From the IMG/VR virus record IMGVR_UViG_3300029619_000123: 5,541 nucleotides of DNA, one strand, 5' to 3'. Shown one piece after another: positions 5,295-5,541 of this stretch. Under the pieces are notes generated by a model. The model had not been told where the DNA came from. It was given only the letters and a program-made list of their open reading frames with translations, and did not search any database. The position numbers and the translations under genes are program-made. Origin of the DNA: a virus (Duplodnaviria > Heunggongvirae > Uroviricota > Caudoviricetes). Positions within the stretch are counted from its first letter, which is position 1. Each line of letters begins with the position of its first letter.

Positions 5295-5340
5295 GCGGTA
5301 CCAGTTTGTACACTTGCTTCCGGCTGGTACCGCTCTTTTT
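5295..5340 (+). terminator. Terminator-like hairpin with GGTACC-containing arms followed by a T-tract; overlaps a boxA-like CGCTCTTTTTA
   Basis: GCGGTACCAG (5295-5304) and CTGGTACCGC (5324-5333) form a perfect 10-bp inverted repeat around a 19-nt loop, followed by TCTTTTT (5334-5340). The loop is long for a canonical intrinsic terminator. The arms carry the GGTACC operator-like motif. Confidence 0.4.
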
Positions 5341-5341
5341 A

Positions 5342-5428
5342 CAAAACAGAGAAGAGCATCACCGGACGACGGGCTCATAACCCAATCCATCCGGGCGGCT
5401 GCCACCGCAGGTGTTCTTCTCTGTTTTG
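5342..5428. other. Long imperfect hairpin (~87 nt) in the 5' leader of the right-end gene
   Basis: caaaacagagaag (5342-5354) is the exact reverse complement of cttctctgttttg (5416-5428), 13 bp. This is extended by cacc (5360-5363) pairing ggtg (5410-5413). The enclosed ~46-nt loop is GC-rich. Confidence 0.35.
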
Positions 5429-5477
5429 TGGAGAAACCAACCGACCTTGCAGGGTCGATATGATGAGGAGCAGCAAA

Positions 5478-5541
5478 ATGGCTAGCGAACGCAGTACTGA
5501 TGTGCAGGCATTTATCGGGGAGCTGGACGGCGGCGTATTTG
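5478..5541 (+). CDS. Hypothetical protein, N-terminal 21 aa only (MASERSTDVQAFIGELDGGVF...); continues past window end
   Basis: ATG at 5478 preceded by GAGGAG SD (5465-5470) at 7-nt spacing; open to the window end. In-frame ATGs at 5460 and 5463 are alternatives with weaker SD. Too short to assign a family. Confidence 0.5.
   Translation, partial: MASERSTDVQAFIGELDGGVF

Noticed and set aside
5211-5405. 64-aa minus-strand ORF from the track
   Set aside because: Overlaps the hairpin structures; no SD; no coding support.
5263-5463. 66-aa + strand ORF from the track
   Set aside because: Spans the terminator-like hairpin and the long hairpin; the sequence is better explained as structured RNA.
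1-5541. tRNA genes, attachment sites, CRISPR arrays, IS elements
   Set aside because: No T-loop-like GTTCGAATC motifs, no repeat-spacer arrays, and no terminal inverted repeats with transposase ORFs were seen by eye. The window looks internal to a prophage rather than at its boundary.

Overview
The window reads as the immunity and early-replication region of a lambdoid-type prophage from an enterobacterial host. A CI-like repressor with a LexA/S24 self-cleavage domain is on the + strand (4135-4809). It is divergent from a tightly packed minus-strand early operon of nine genes, most of them translationally coupled (ATGA or TAATG stop/start overlaps): cro-like, CII/YdaT-like, two uncharacterised ORFs (278 aa and 78 aa), a replication initiator with iteron-like repeats inside its coding sequence, a PerC-like regulator, a LexA DNA-binding-domain-only protein, a 44-aa RusA-like remnant and a KilA-N protein. 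Downstream of cI there is a clean intrinsic terminator, a near-consensus sigma70 promoter carrying the same TGTACCT motif found in the cro/cI intergenic operator region, then about 600 bp with no convincing ORF but strong predicted secondary structure, and finally the start of a + strand gene that runs off the window. The most interesting candidates are the two unassigned genes inserted between the CII-like and replication genes, the LexA-DBD-only protein coupled to the PerC-like gene, and the structured noncoding leader to the right of cI. All homology statements are from reading translations and memory of protein families; no database search was run.
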